This document shows positions 1 to 12,039 of a stretch of DNA of 64,000 nt, piece by piece. Source of the stretch: Leptogorgia sarmentosa (lineage: Eukaryota); assembly GCA_964658305.1 (NCBI GenBank), contig OZ210885.1, positions 18,228,001 through 18,292,000 of the forward strand, written 5' to 3'. Position 1 is the stretch's first letter. The number at the start of each line of letters is the position of its first letter. The position numbers and the translations under genes are program-made. The notes below the pieces were generated by a model. The model searched no databases. It saw only the letters and a program-made list of their open reading frames with translations, and was not told the origin of the DNA.

Positions 1-983
1 AAGATGTGTTGAGCTTCCATACACCAGGACCACGTTCCGGTAGTGTTGGAAAGGCTACACGGAGGAAGACATACGAATGGTCCGAGCGAAAAAAGGGAAA
101 AATGGATACCTCAGATACATGTTCGTGTAATGACGAGAAAATGAAAAACATATCTAGTCGGGATGCCTGGGAGCCATTGGCCCGGTGCCACGTGTAACTC
201 CGCTTATCTGGGTGCGTTAATCGCCAAGTATCGACCAGATCACACCGATCGGTCAGTGATGAAAGAGAAGCCGGCCAGTTGTATGCCCAAGGAGAGTCTG
301 GATTGCAACCTAGGCGGTCAATATGGGGGTCCACTACTACATTAAAGTCCCCACACAAAATAGTGGGAAGAGAAGGATCGATTTTGGGATGGAGGGAGGC
401 AAAAAATTCTTCACCAGCTTGTATCTTATTCGGACCATAGATGTTAGCAACCTGGATAAGAGACTCAAGATCGGTATGTTTCAAACGAGCGACAATAGCA
501 CGACCGTCTGCGTCTCTGTCTACATGTTCTATTTTAAAGCAAGGCTTGTACAGTAATGCTATAGCATTTACGCTGTGTATGGTCAGTGGCTCCGCACTCT
601 CTGCATGTTGCGTCTTCAATGCAGTCTCGTGCAATGTGGCCCGTTTTGTAACATTTTCGGCATGTTTGCGGTTGTTGGTAGTACCGTATGCATACCTGGT
701 GTTTGCCGACAAAAACGTATGATGGGATGTCCTTTTTGATTTCCATTACTATTGTTCGTTCCCCTGTGGCCAGTCCGTAGCTGTCATTTACAATTGTGAC
801 GTCGCCGGTGCGTTTGCCGTATTGGCCCAATACCGTGGTTAAGTCATGTGTCTCGCCGTCAATGGGGTAATTGTAAACATGCACCAGTGCAGTGCATTGA
901 CGGTTGAAGGTCGGGTTCGGGTGATCGAGGATAAGTCGTTGTCCTCGTGCGGTAATCTTTTTGTTGAGAAACTTGTTATGTGT
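1..983 (-). mobile_element. Rearranged Tx1-clade LINE fragment: partial ORF1 with CCHC zinc knuckles (534-983) fused to an APE-endonuclease fragment (1-545) that runs off the window
   Basis: ORF 534..1028 has CRKCYKTGHIARDC and CRECGATDHTQRKC. Bases 1-545 align with the family-A endonuclease region at 38350-38910. Confidence 0.8.
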
Positions 984-1124
984 TACCGAGACAACCCGTG
1001 GCCAGGGCGAAGCAAGCTTCAATCCCATGGCCGAGGTCCAAAAATCAGTTTAATATATGAGTTAGGACATTGCCTAACATATCAGATATTAAGCTGATAA
1101 GAACAGATACTACACTTGATCTTA
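984..1124 (-). pseudogene. U2: U2 snRNA fragment, nt 22 to about 162 (3' part of the gene split by Tx1 copy A1, truncated at stem-loop IV)
   Basis: Minus strand reads TAAGATCAAGTGTAGTATCTGTTCTTATCAGCTTAATATCTGAT...GATTTTTGG (Sm site)...GGGTTGTCTCGGTA and matches the copy at 49523-49674. Confidence 0.95.
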
Positions 1125-1548
1125 TTTTGTTTTGAACGACGACAGGCTTGTCGACTCCGACGGTGCAATGGAGCCTGGACCCAAACAAGTCGCCGCACCC
1201 AGGGGGGTCACTACAGGTGACGCGGATCGACAGGGGTGGTGAGCCCCTCCCCCGTGCCATGATGCAACCGTGAGTGGATTGCTTCAGGGATCCCTAATGA
1301 TGGTGAAATGGTCAGATGATGATGTTAAGCTAGACAATTACAACAAGAGCAGCAACCCCTACATCAAAACCTGTGCAACCCGCTCGGAACAAGTCCAAGC
1401 GAACCACAGGGCAAAAATTGGAACAAACAGACAACCCAATCCGATACAGGCAGTACAACCAATAAAGGCGACCGTCGAGACCCTAGATCACTACATAGAA
1501 CACAAAGAACGAAAAAGGGAAAAGAGGGAGGGAAGAGAGAAGGGGAAC

Positions 1549-4500
1549 TTAGGTAATAAAGTCCTGAGTAAACCGGATCCAATCCTGCTCAATGAGCGTT
1601 TGTATCAGCCCGTCAGCCAACCACTTGTGAACAAAACTGTCCCGAGGGCAGTGGCGCTTGTGCATGCACACCAGAAAGCGAAAGGTGGTCTTTGCTTTCT
1701 TCAGGGTGGTGGTAACATCTGGGGCAGTGTGGTTGAACCATTGGGCGTTGCGGCTTAGCCAAATGTTGTGTCGTAGCACACCCAGCAGGGCAGAAAAGAC
1801 AACGGGCACATGGATATTGGGAGAGAATCCAAATAAAATAGTATTCGCTGGTAGTGAAGGAGCATTCGGCCGAAATTTACGAAAAATTGACTGGAACCGG
1901 TCGAGGACCGATACCGAAAACGGGCAAGAGCAAACTCTCTTGCGCACCACAAAAGCACAGCGGGTCGACTCTCATGCCAAAACGGACCAGATGATTGGCC
2001 ATGGGTAAAATGCTGTGAAAAGACAGCCAACCAGTGTCTTGGACGGCCCGCACAAAGCGCCACAGGTGTAACGAGGCCCACGCAGCCTGCCATGGGACGT
2101 TAATGTCCCAGTCCCGATATTTCGCCACTGAGCGATGCTCAACAGCGGAAGAGCGCCGGAGCAGGGAATACCCTGTACGAGCTGTTAGCTCAGAGAGGGG
2201 AAGCAACTGTCCTGAAGGACGAGGGATGACCCAATCACTCTGCTCGTTCCTACCTTTCAGGAGGACCCACGCAGTAAACACACCCCGATAACAGGGTGGA
2301 AGTTTTTTAATCAAATATGCTGGCAGAGGATCACGAGTAAGAACGTGAGGTACCGACTGTCTAAACACGCTAGTAACAAGATGGGAAAAAAGGGATGCCC
2401 ACGGGTGGCTATGATGAATAAAAAACCAACCAAGCCATACGGCACGAAGGGACAAAAGTTTATTGTTGATGTCGATGACATTCAGGCCTCCTTCACTAAT
2501 GGGCTGGACGACTGATGTGCGAGCCATCCATTCACGCTTTTTTCCCCAAACAAAAGGAAAGACTATCTTGTTAACTTTAGTCACGACTACTTTTGGCATA
2601 TCAAAGGCAGTCGCCTGGTACCAGAACAGAGACAGACCAAGAGTATTTACGATCAGAGCTCTTCCCCGAAACGACAATTGGCGCTGTTTCCAGACACCCA
2701 ATTGCCGCTCCTTCCAGACACCCAATTGCCGCTCCAACTTCTCCACTAAGGCGTTCCAATCAGCTCCCTCTATATTTGCTATACGACAGCCCAACACGGT
2801 TATAGCGTCGCTAGACCAGTTCAGTTGTATTGGTAGGTCGGTCCGGCCCTTCCAGGACCCGAAAAGGAGACCATGACTTTTGTTAATATTGAGCTTCGCA
2901 CCGTAAGCCAGCTCGTACTGTTCAAAAAGTGAAAAGAGTGACCGCAGGGCCTGCTCAGAATGTACAATGATGGTTGTGTCATCCGCATATTGAAAAATTT
3001 TGACCGTCTCCCCATTTGGCAACTGGAAGCCGTCGACATTTAAATCTTTCTTGATGGCACACGAGATGGTTTCAGCCACAATAATGTATAATAAAGGGGA
3101 AAGAGGACAGCCCTGACGAACTCCCCGAGTGACACTAAAAGCGCCACTGGTGAACCCATTTACTAGAACATGTGAAAAGATGTTCGTATACAAGAGCTTA
3201 ACCCACCCACGAAAGGACAGACCAAAATTCATTTGCTCCAAGGCCCGCAGGATGAACCCCCAATCAACCCGATCGAAAGTCTTTTCTTGATCTAGTGATA
3301 TGATTGCACCTCCAGTATTATTATTATTACAATGGTTAACTAGATCCTGCAGGCCCTGACATTCAGACCTGAGAAGCGTCCAGGAACGCCACAGGCTTGG
3401 GATTCAGAAATGACAGAAGATAGTACTGTTTTTAGGCGATTTGTAAGTACCTTCGATAGTATTTTGTAGTCCGTGCATAGAAGGGAAATTGGTCGCCAAT
3501 TCTTGACATCTAGTCGATCATTTTTCTTGAATAGGAGAGAGATTAAACCAGTACGCTGGGAAAAAGAAAGAGCACCTCGTGCCAGGCAATTGTTGAAAAC
3601 TGCCACTAGATCAGGACCCAAAATGTCCCAAAAGGACTGATGGAACTCATAGGGTAGCCCATCTAGACCTGGAGATTTGTTACGCTTGAAAGAATTCAAT
3701 GCACGCTGGCACTCCTGTAGCGTGACCTCGCCTTCACAAAGCAGGGCTTCTTCTGCAGACAAGAATCGCTCCAAACTGTTTACGAAAAACGACTGATCCA
3801 GAGAAGATAGAATGGACGCAGAAAAAAGTTGCACATAAAAAATGCACCAAACTCGCAAAATCGCGGAGATAGATCTTACAATGGTGCCTTGTGCGTCTCG
3901 GATGCCAGTGAACAAACGCCTCGATGCTCGCACCTTCTCCTGTCTAAAGAAAAAGGCAGAGGAAGTTTCACCTTCCTCGGCCCACTGTTCCTTGCCCCGA
4001 ATGCATGCACCTTCTGCTGTGTAGTGGTGCTCGAGCTCCAATTTATCCTGTGCCTCCTTTATTAGGTGATTCACATCTTCACCGTCGGCAACTTGTTGAT
4101 GAAGATGTTCGAGGGTGGATTCTAGATTATGCATATTCGACCGCCTCGAACGAGCCTTGCCCTGAGAAAAATGACGAATGATTTCCTTCAAACGAGCCTT
4201 GCCTGCCTCCCACCAAATGCCCAGAGACGGAAAAGTAACTTTCTCAGACTGCCACGAGACCCAGAAGTTACGGACCTCCGTGCACAGAGTCTCTTCACGC
4301 AGCAAGGATGTATTGAATTTCCATGCACCAGGACCACTTTGCGGTAAAGATGGAAAGGCCGCGTGGAGGAAGACATAAGAGTGGTCCGAGCGGAAAAAAG
4401 GGAGAATGGTTACTTCCGAAACGTGTTCATGTAATGATGATGATATCCAAAACATGTCCAGTCGGGATGCCTGGGAGCCGTTGGCCCGGCGCCACGTATA

Positions 4501-5106
4501 ACCCCGCTTGTCTGGATGCGCTAGGCGCCAAGTATCGACCAGATCGCACCTATCAGTCAGTGAGGAACGAGAGGCAGGCCAGTTGTAAGCCCAAGGAGAG
4601 TCAGGATTACAACCCAATCGGTCTACATGCGGATCAGCTACCACATTGAAGTCTCCGCATAAAAGAGTGGAAAAAGAAGGGTCAATCATCTGATGTAGAG
4701 AGGAAAAAAAGTCCTCGCCAGCTTGCTTCTGATTTGGACCATATATATTTACAACTTGAGTTATGGACTCAAGGTCAACATGCTTGAAACGCACGACAAT
4801 AACCCGACCACTCGTGTCTCTGTTAATACTTTCCACGCGAAAACACGGCTTGAATAAAATCGCTACCCCCGCACTACGAGTAGTACCTGGGGAAGATTCA
4901 GCAAGATATTGTTGCAAATTATTGTGCTCGAGAGTCTCCGTCTGTAACCAAGAGAGGAATTCCTCTTCAGAGCGACTATGCATTTCTTGTAGAGCAATGA
5001 TGTCAGGTTTGGCACAATTTAGCCAGGAAAAAAGAGTTTGACGATTACGAGTATTGCATAACCCTTGAACGTTTAGGGTTATTCTGGTTACTTCTTGGTT
5101 AGCCAT
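1549..5106 (-). pseudogene. Family A copy 1 ORF2 (APE endonuclease, reverse transcriptase, C-terminal Zn finger), frameshifted
   Basis: ORFs 3340..5106 (LNVQGL, GDFN, SDH, KNWRPISLL), 1877..3241 (GVRQGCPLSP, QYADD) and 1549..1950 lie in different frames. Confidence 0.92.
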
Positions 5107-5175
5107 AATGAGTGTGTGAAAAGATGTACTGTATAAATGATATTACTATTATTATTCTATATAAACAAGGGAGAC

Positions 5176-5735
5176 TCAAAAGCTACCATCATCAGAAGTG
5201 ACACTGTCACTTGCAAAAAAGCGACGGAGAGCAAGAGTTTCTTCAGAAGCTTGATTTGCTTCTGGTCTGGAAAGATTCGAGGGGCTAGCTGCAGCAGAAG
5301 AGCTAGCACCAACCGGGGCAAAAGGAGTTAAGAGGGAGTCTGATAATTCATTTGCCATGTCTGAGAGTGAGTCATCAACAATTAGATCGATGTCTGACAT
5401 TCCCTCAATAGAAGGAGTGCCAACCATTAGAGAAGGGATATGTGGTCCCTCATCCTCCGGCAATGGAACATTCTCCGGTAATGGTCTCTCTTCGGAATGC
5501 TCAACCTCTGGTTGCATGGTCTTAGGGGGCTCTTCATCCGAAGATGCCTCTTCACTCTCCATGTGAGAGTTTTTGCGGAGAGGAGAACGTGAACGGTCCT
5601 TGTCTGCTGACTTAGAAGTCCGACGGCGCTTACAACGAGGCGGTGGGACAGGGGGGCGTTCTTTGGGCAGGGAACCACTTGCCTCTGATGTCTGGGTCTC
5701 ACTAGCTCCAGACGGAACAAGAGGCAAACCCGAAG
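5176..5735 (-). pseudogene. Family A copy 1 ORF1, C-terminal part
   Basis: Homologous to the ORF1 C-terminus of copy 4 (RSRSPLRKN...EETL...SDDGS); separated from its N-terminal part by the nested LINE. Confidence 0.85.
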
Positions 5736-5736
5736 A

Positions 5737-8700
5737 TAAAATACTTCGCAGCCATAAGCTGAATTGCATATTTTTACAAAGAAAGTTAGCTAAATGTGAT
5801 ATAGAATATAAAAAGTTTATAAGCCATTATGATGACATTCTATATAAATATATAATTTTATACACAGGATGTTTATTACTTTAATATACTATAAAATTTA
5901 AAATTATTAAAAATATAAAGTCATTTCAATAACATTAGGTAAAAGATTTGCGGCATGAAGCCACAAAAAAACTAGTTTGAAAACGATTAGTATTACATCT
6001 AGGAATTTCGAATTTCCTATCGTTTCTTAAATCATAAAAAGAAGTATGTGTAGGCAGCAGCAAACTTCGTAACTTATGATTTTCTTCAGCAACTACTGTT
6101 TGAAATAGACTAGTGCAAATATTTTCATGATGAACAGACAGTGACTCCAATCCACAACTAATTAAAGCGTCTTCATAATTAGTGTTAGGACAGATGATTC
6201 TAATAGCTCTTTTTTGTAATCTTTCCAGTTCGGAACGCAAGTATTTTGGCAATGAATAGTAAATGACAAGGATACCATAATCAATAACAGATCGAATACA
6301 TGTAACGTAAAATAGAACCAGATCATTCCGAGGGATACTGGCCCATTTGAGTTGAATCAGATAATAGATTCGTTTGGATACTTTTTTAACTACCTCTTCG
6401 ATATGTAAATTCCACGTCAGCTTTGAAGGACTTTACAACTCTAACACTTTTATTGTTAATAAGTATCGGGTTAAAATCACGAGGGACTTTTGAGAAGGAA
6501 ATACGGAGCTCCTTACATTTCTCTTCATTCAGCTTCATTTTATTGTTTTGGGACCATTGTGACATTTCATTAGCAATTGTCTGTGCTCTACTCTGTTGGT
6601 TTTTGTCAACTGTTTCCGATGCTGTCGTATCGTCCACGTATTTTCATAGGTCAGTATCAGTAATGGATAAATCATTTATCATGATTAAGAAAAGCCATGC
6701 ACCTAATATGGTGCCTTCAGGGACGCCCGAAGGTACTGCACCCCAATCTGAAAAACATCGTTGTGAAAGTTTGACTCTTTGGAATCTGTCGCTTAAGAAG
6801 TCAATAATCCAATTTATGACACTTCGTGGTAGATCTAGCTGAAGTAGCTTGTTGATCAAAATTCTATGATCGATTAGATCGAAAGCTTTTTGATAATCAA
6901 ATAAGATTATTCTAGTTGTAGAACCGGTACCGTCAAGCCCCGAGGTCCAGTTGTGCACCATACTAAGAAGAGCAAATATCGTCGATGATTTAGGAATTGG
7001 TCCGTACTGATTAGGATCGATTTTCTTCAAAACAGCGGGTTTCACATAATCTTTAACAACGAAATGCTCTGCGACCTTCGAAATATTAGGTGTTAATAAA
7101 ATGGGCCTAAGTTCTTTTTTCAGATCCTGTACCATTTTTACTTTTGGCAGCGGTGAAACATTCGCAAGTTTCCATATTGAAGGTAGGCGTTGTTGCTTGT
7201 AGGATGCATTTAGGAGTAGACTAATTGGGAGGGCAAGGATTACAGCATACTCACGCAAGAGCCAATTTGGCACTTCGTCAGGATCACCACTTTTACTAGG
7301 GTTGAGTTTTTGTAACTGTGACAAGACCCTTTCTTCCGAAACTTCTAGGAATTCTGTGTTTTCTTCTAAGTTAAGTTGTTCTAGCGGTGAAGATAATTGA
7401 TATTCTGATAAGGGCTCAAGAAAGGCTGTATTTATTCTGTTTGCTAATTCATGTTCTGATATATCTTCAAGACCAGCAATATTTATCGAATTTATTAGGG
7501 AAATATTCATTGATTTCATTCCTCCTAGGCGTTTGATTTCACTCCACCAAGCTTTAGGGTTTTCTTTCTCTTCACTGTGGACCTAGGTCATGTAGTATTT
7601 TGATTTGCACTCTTTTCTCTCACGATTGACAATATTTCGGTAATATTTAAAACTGTTGGATTTTGGACCGTAACTGAAAAAGGCTTCTTGTCTTTTTTTA
7701 ATGAATACTTTCAGTTTATCGGTCATCCAAGGAACATCTACGGAAATTTTTTTAATCCGTTTAATTGGCATGAGAAAGTCAAGACCAATAGCCACAATAT
7801 CATAGAACTGCTTCGCCATATCTTCGCAGCTTTGTGATTGAGCAAAGATTACAGGCCAATGAATTGAATGTAAAAATCTCCCCATGGCATCTTTCTTGCT
7901 CTGACGAAGATCTCGTTTGTATACAAATGTAGGTTTTGTTTTCTTCACAATGTGAGCGGGTGAAACTACAACTGTATTATGATCGGATAATCCAATTGGA
8001 GGAAGTATTTGCGGAGACTTGTAGAACTCGTGCATGTTAGTTAAAACAAGGTCAAGTATTGCTTCGCTTCGAGTTGGTGATTTAACAATTTGTTTCAATC
8101 GAAAATGCTTAATTATTTGATTCACATTAAGACGATTGAAATCCCCAGCAATGATAATACCGCAGCTGTAAAATTTTGCTTCAGTTTCACTTAATGTCTG
8201 AAATAAGTGGCTCTGCATACTGGTATCATCAGCACTAGGAGGATGATATAAGACGCCAGCTATAATTGAGGAAAATTCACGAGGAAGTCGTCTAGGTTTT
8301 ATATGGAGCCATAAGATCTCGTGTTCAGAACAACATGAAATTTCTGAAAGAATTTTGAGTTTCGTATCGCCGTCTCCGATGTAAATACAGATTCCGCCAT
8401 GGTTGTTTGTAGTTCTATCTTTGCGTATGACTGTAAATCCAGGTATGCTTACAACACTGTCTGTAATTGGGTCATAGAGCCAAGTTTCAGTTAAAAAGGA
8501 TACGTTTATCTCATTTTCCATCATAAATTCGCGAACTTCGTCTATTTTGGGGGCCAAAGATCTCACATTAGACACCATTAATTTTGGAATATAATTACTA
8601 ATCCTCTGTTTTAATGTAGTGGTATTCGGTTGATGGAATTCTGTAGTAAGGGGCTTACATGGCAATATACAATTATTTGGAAAGTCAACAATTTCGTTTA

Positions 8701-10231
8701 TGGGAATATTTATTAAATTACATTTCCCATGACAGTTCACCAATGTGGGGTTCGGTTCGGAGGATAAACTGGAATTTGCAATAATGGTTGTGGAGGGTGA
8801 GGTGGGGGAGGGGGATTGTGTGTTATTCGGGTTACAAGGTCTAAATACTTTTTCCATCCTGGGGGACGACTGTGATTCCTCGAATGTTGTAAAAAATGGT
8901 TTGGATTTTCTCTGTTGTAACTAAACATATTTTGTTTCCTACGCTTTCGGTTCTTACTTGCCTGCGATATTTGCCTGTCGGAACGATGGCTAATTCGCAC
9001 AGGGATCGCAAAAGACTCGTTTGAACTGGGTACGCCTGATTTATCCTGTTGATTAACTGCATTTCCCCCACCATTGCTCGATGATTTATTCCTGCCATTG
9101 CTCGATGATTTATTCCTGCCATGCGGCTGAGACTTTTTGTTGTAATCGTTATTGACTCGGCTTATTAGGTTGTGGTATGAGATCTTTTATACTTTGTCTA
9201 TTACGAGTTATTGCATTTACATCAGAATTAACATCCGACACCTTGTCTTCAAAGCATGACGGAGGGACGCCATGGCCAGATCTTTGTGTTGTTTCCTTGC
9301 ACAATAAGCTATCATTATAAATTTGTTCGGCTGACTTAATTGTGTTTTCTTTACCCTTTTCAATACAAACGCTATGGGTTGGCGATTTCCTTTCCTCTTC
9401 AAGTTCGACGATACGTGATCTTAAATTCAAATTGTCTGTGCGCAATTTGCATAACTCTTGTTTACTTGTTTCAATGATTTCGTCTTGTACGGAAATTCTT
9501 GTCGATAAATTTACTATTTGCGATTTAATCTCATTTTTAAATATTGAGAAACGTGTCTCCATTGAAATCAATTTGTCGTCCTCGCTTTGCTGCAATGGGC
9601 CAGAATTATTACTTATTACGTTCGTAAAATTGTTAGCAGGTTTAACAAGCGGCGAGTCGTTTATGTTTTGAAATGAAATGTCGATGAAGTCCTCAAGCTC
9701 CGTAAGAGTTGATGAATCGACAGCCGATATCGTGTCTTCTTTTGAGGTTGTGGCATTAGCAACATATTGCTCATTCAGACCCTCATCCAACGAATTGTTG
9801 TTATTATTTAAGGCATTCTCAGGCACCGTGTTTGAAATTACTGCCTCGGAACATAGACAGTACGCTGGCGAGCTTTCTTCATTCATACTAATGTCAATAA
9901 ATAGTTCTTTTAATTAGTCGCCCGTTTTGCTCTGAAAGGTTAACGTACCTCGCTCATAGTTCCAACTAAGAATCAAGTCAGTATTGGTGCTTGTAAATTT
10001 TTTATATCTGCCTCCAGGCGACGACCATGTGCCCGTTTGAACAATTACACATTTAATAAAAATTTTCAGCATTTCATAGCTGTCCGTCCATCTGATTCGC
10101 TTTCCGTTATAAGTAAAACATCCTACATCTTTATATCGGAGAAATTCCTCAACATCCCATTCATTTTGATTATTTTTAAGGGAGCTAACAGAGCCCATTT
10201 GAACATGACTGTCGGCCATTGTTATTTATTC
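5737..10231 (-). mobile_element. Nested CR1/L2-group LINE (Daphne/Crack-like), near full length, decayed
   Basis: ORF1 pieces 9914..10219 and 9149..9886 (coiled coil); APE 7583..8857 (LTETWL, AGDFN, LSDH); RT 6644..7519 and 6386..6637 (YVDD); C-terminus 5935..6252. AT-rich. Splits the host ORF1 cleanly when compared with 54690-54720. Confidence 0.85.
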
Positions 10232-10948
10232 TGGCGAACTGCCCGAACTTCCGGAGTTCTCGGCAGGCTCAGAGAGCACCGTGTCCAACAAATTGGTGAT
10301 GGTCTCCCGTACCTGCTCGTGCTCGTTCTCTTGGCCCACCATGGGCCGTACCTCACTACCAGATGTTTCATGGTTAGCCTGTGTTGACCCTACAACAGCA
10401 GGCCGAGATAGAGCGGGGCAAGCCGACTGATTGTGGCCTTCCTGTCCACACCCGAAACAAGGACGTTTTTGGACCTTATGATACACGAAGCACCAGTGGC
10501 CAGCAATTCGCATGCAAAAAGGAATGGGTTGTTTTATTTCCATTAGCACATGCCTGACCCCAGTATAGATATGAGAATACACCTCGGATGAGATCTTGCG
10601 AATCTCACCAAAGCCACTGAGGACTTTGGAAATTTCTTCATCCGGGACCCTGTAAGTCAGGCGGGTAACATTAACCCAGGTGCATTTGGATACCGGCCGG
10701 AATTCGACAGGGAGGCCCCGCACGGTTAAACCCGTATGTTCGGCAACCTCCATGTTCCGAGCTCCCTTAAAGGTCACGCGGAACCGACCAGGCGCCATCA
10801 TCACGACAGCCTCAAACACAGAAGTATAATCATCGACTTGCCTGCTGAACTCATCGATGACCTCCTTTACATTTATTCTGTGCGCCTCGATGCTGTCAGA
10901 AATGATGACATCGCAGGTGCGATTGACGTGAGGAATCATCCTCACCAC
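10232..10948 (-). pseudogene. Family A copy 1 ORF1, N-terminal part (RRM-like region plus CCHC knuckle)
   Basis: MIPHVNRTCDV...CFGCGQEGHNQSAC, homologous to ORFs 39694..40491 and 54408..55217. Confidence 0.88.
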
Positions 10949-10959
10949 ACTGGATTAGA

Positions 10960-11620
10960 TGCGAGAACCAAAGTCTCGAAAAAAAAAAAGAAAAGAAAAG
11001 AAAAAAGGCTTAGCCTAAATCGAGAACCAGAGTCTCGAAAAACAAAAAGAATAGAAAAGAAAGAGGCTTAGCCTAAATCGAGAACCAAAGTCTCGAAAGA
11101 CAAATTAATCGAATTCGAGAACCAAGGAGAAAAGGTTTAACCTAAATCGAGAACCGAAGTCTCGAAAAACAAAAAGAAAAGAAAAAGGCTTAACCTAGAT
11201 CGAGAATCAAAGTCTCGAAAAACAAAATAACCTGAATCGAAAACCAAAGTCTTGAAAAACAAAAAGAAAAGAAAAGAAAAAGGCTTAATCTAAGTCGAGG
11301 ACGAAAGTCTCGAAAAACAGATTAACCTAATTCGAGAACCAAAGTTTCGAAAAACAAAATAACCTAATTCGAGAACCAAAGTCTTGAAAAACAAAAAGAA
11401 AAGAAAAAGGCTTAACCTAGATCGAGAACCAAATTCTCGGAAAACAAATTAACCTAATACGAGAACCAAAGTCTCGAAAAACAAAATAACCTAATTCGAG
11501 AACCAATGTCTCGAAAAACAAATTAACCTAAGTCGAGAACCAAAGTCTCGAAAAACAACTTAACTTAACCAAGAACCAAGTCTCGATAACTAACTTAACT
11601 TAACCGAGAACCAAGTCTTG
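10960..11620. repeat. Family A 5' UTR array of CGAGA-ACCAA(A)G-TCTCG hairpin units with variable A-rich spacers
   Basis: Roughly 17-20 units visible; homologous arrays at 40504-41290 and 61804-62160. Confidence 0.9.
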
Positions 11621-11794
11621 AAACAGATAAGGAAAGGAAAAAGAAGAGAGGAACGAATCCCTCCAGAAAAGAAGAGAAGTGGAGCCTGCCTAGCGTTTCC
11701 CCCTAGAGGGCCTCGCAGTCAGGCACAGTCACGCGGTGTACCACCAAGGCCAAAGCCAAGGAGGCCTGAGCCGACCGACACAATCCAAAGGAAC

Positions 11795-11975
11795 AGACAG
11801 GACAGCACAGGGACGGACACCACTGGGAGACACCACAGCGCAGGTACGGACAGCACAGGAATGGACAGCACAGGAAAGGACAGCACAGGAAGACACCACA
11901 GCACAGGAACGGACCAGACAGCACAGGAATGGCCAAGACAGGACAGGACCACCAAACTGAACAGCACCACGGACC
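11795..11975. repeat. About 15-bp GACAGCACAGGA-type repeats in the family A 5' UTR
   Basis: Direct repeats visible; shorter versions at 41455-41550 and 62325-62360. Confidence 0.75.
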
Positions 11976-12039
11976 ATGGGAAGGATATCTTCTGCAGCAT
12001 AAACCAGACTTCAGTGAGAAGACCACCAACTGTCAAAGT

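Larger units (their letters stand above)
1125..12039 (-). mobile_element. Apparently full-length Tx1-clade non-LTR retrotransposon, family A copy 1, inserted in U2 with a 5-bp TSD (TAAGA); interrupted by a nested LINE
   Basis: U2 nt 1-26 at 12040-12065 and U2 nt 22 onward from 1124. TCTTA at 1120-1124 and 12040-12044. ORF1 has a CCHC knuckle; ORF2 has APE, RT (YADD) and a C-terminal zinc finger. Confidence 0.93.

Noticed and set aside
1144..1262. 3' UTR structure as a separate U1 pseudogene or snRNA-headed SINE
   Set aside because: Lacks the U1 5' end and a downstream Sm/SL4, does not align with host U1 beyond the loop, and is an integral part of three element copies.
9070..9122. Short direct repeats here and at 2687-2735 and 25222-25273
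   Set aside because: Local slippage duplications with no sign of function.
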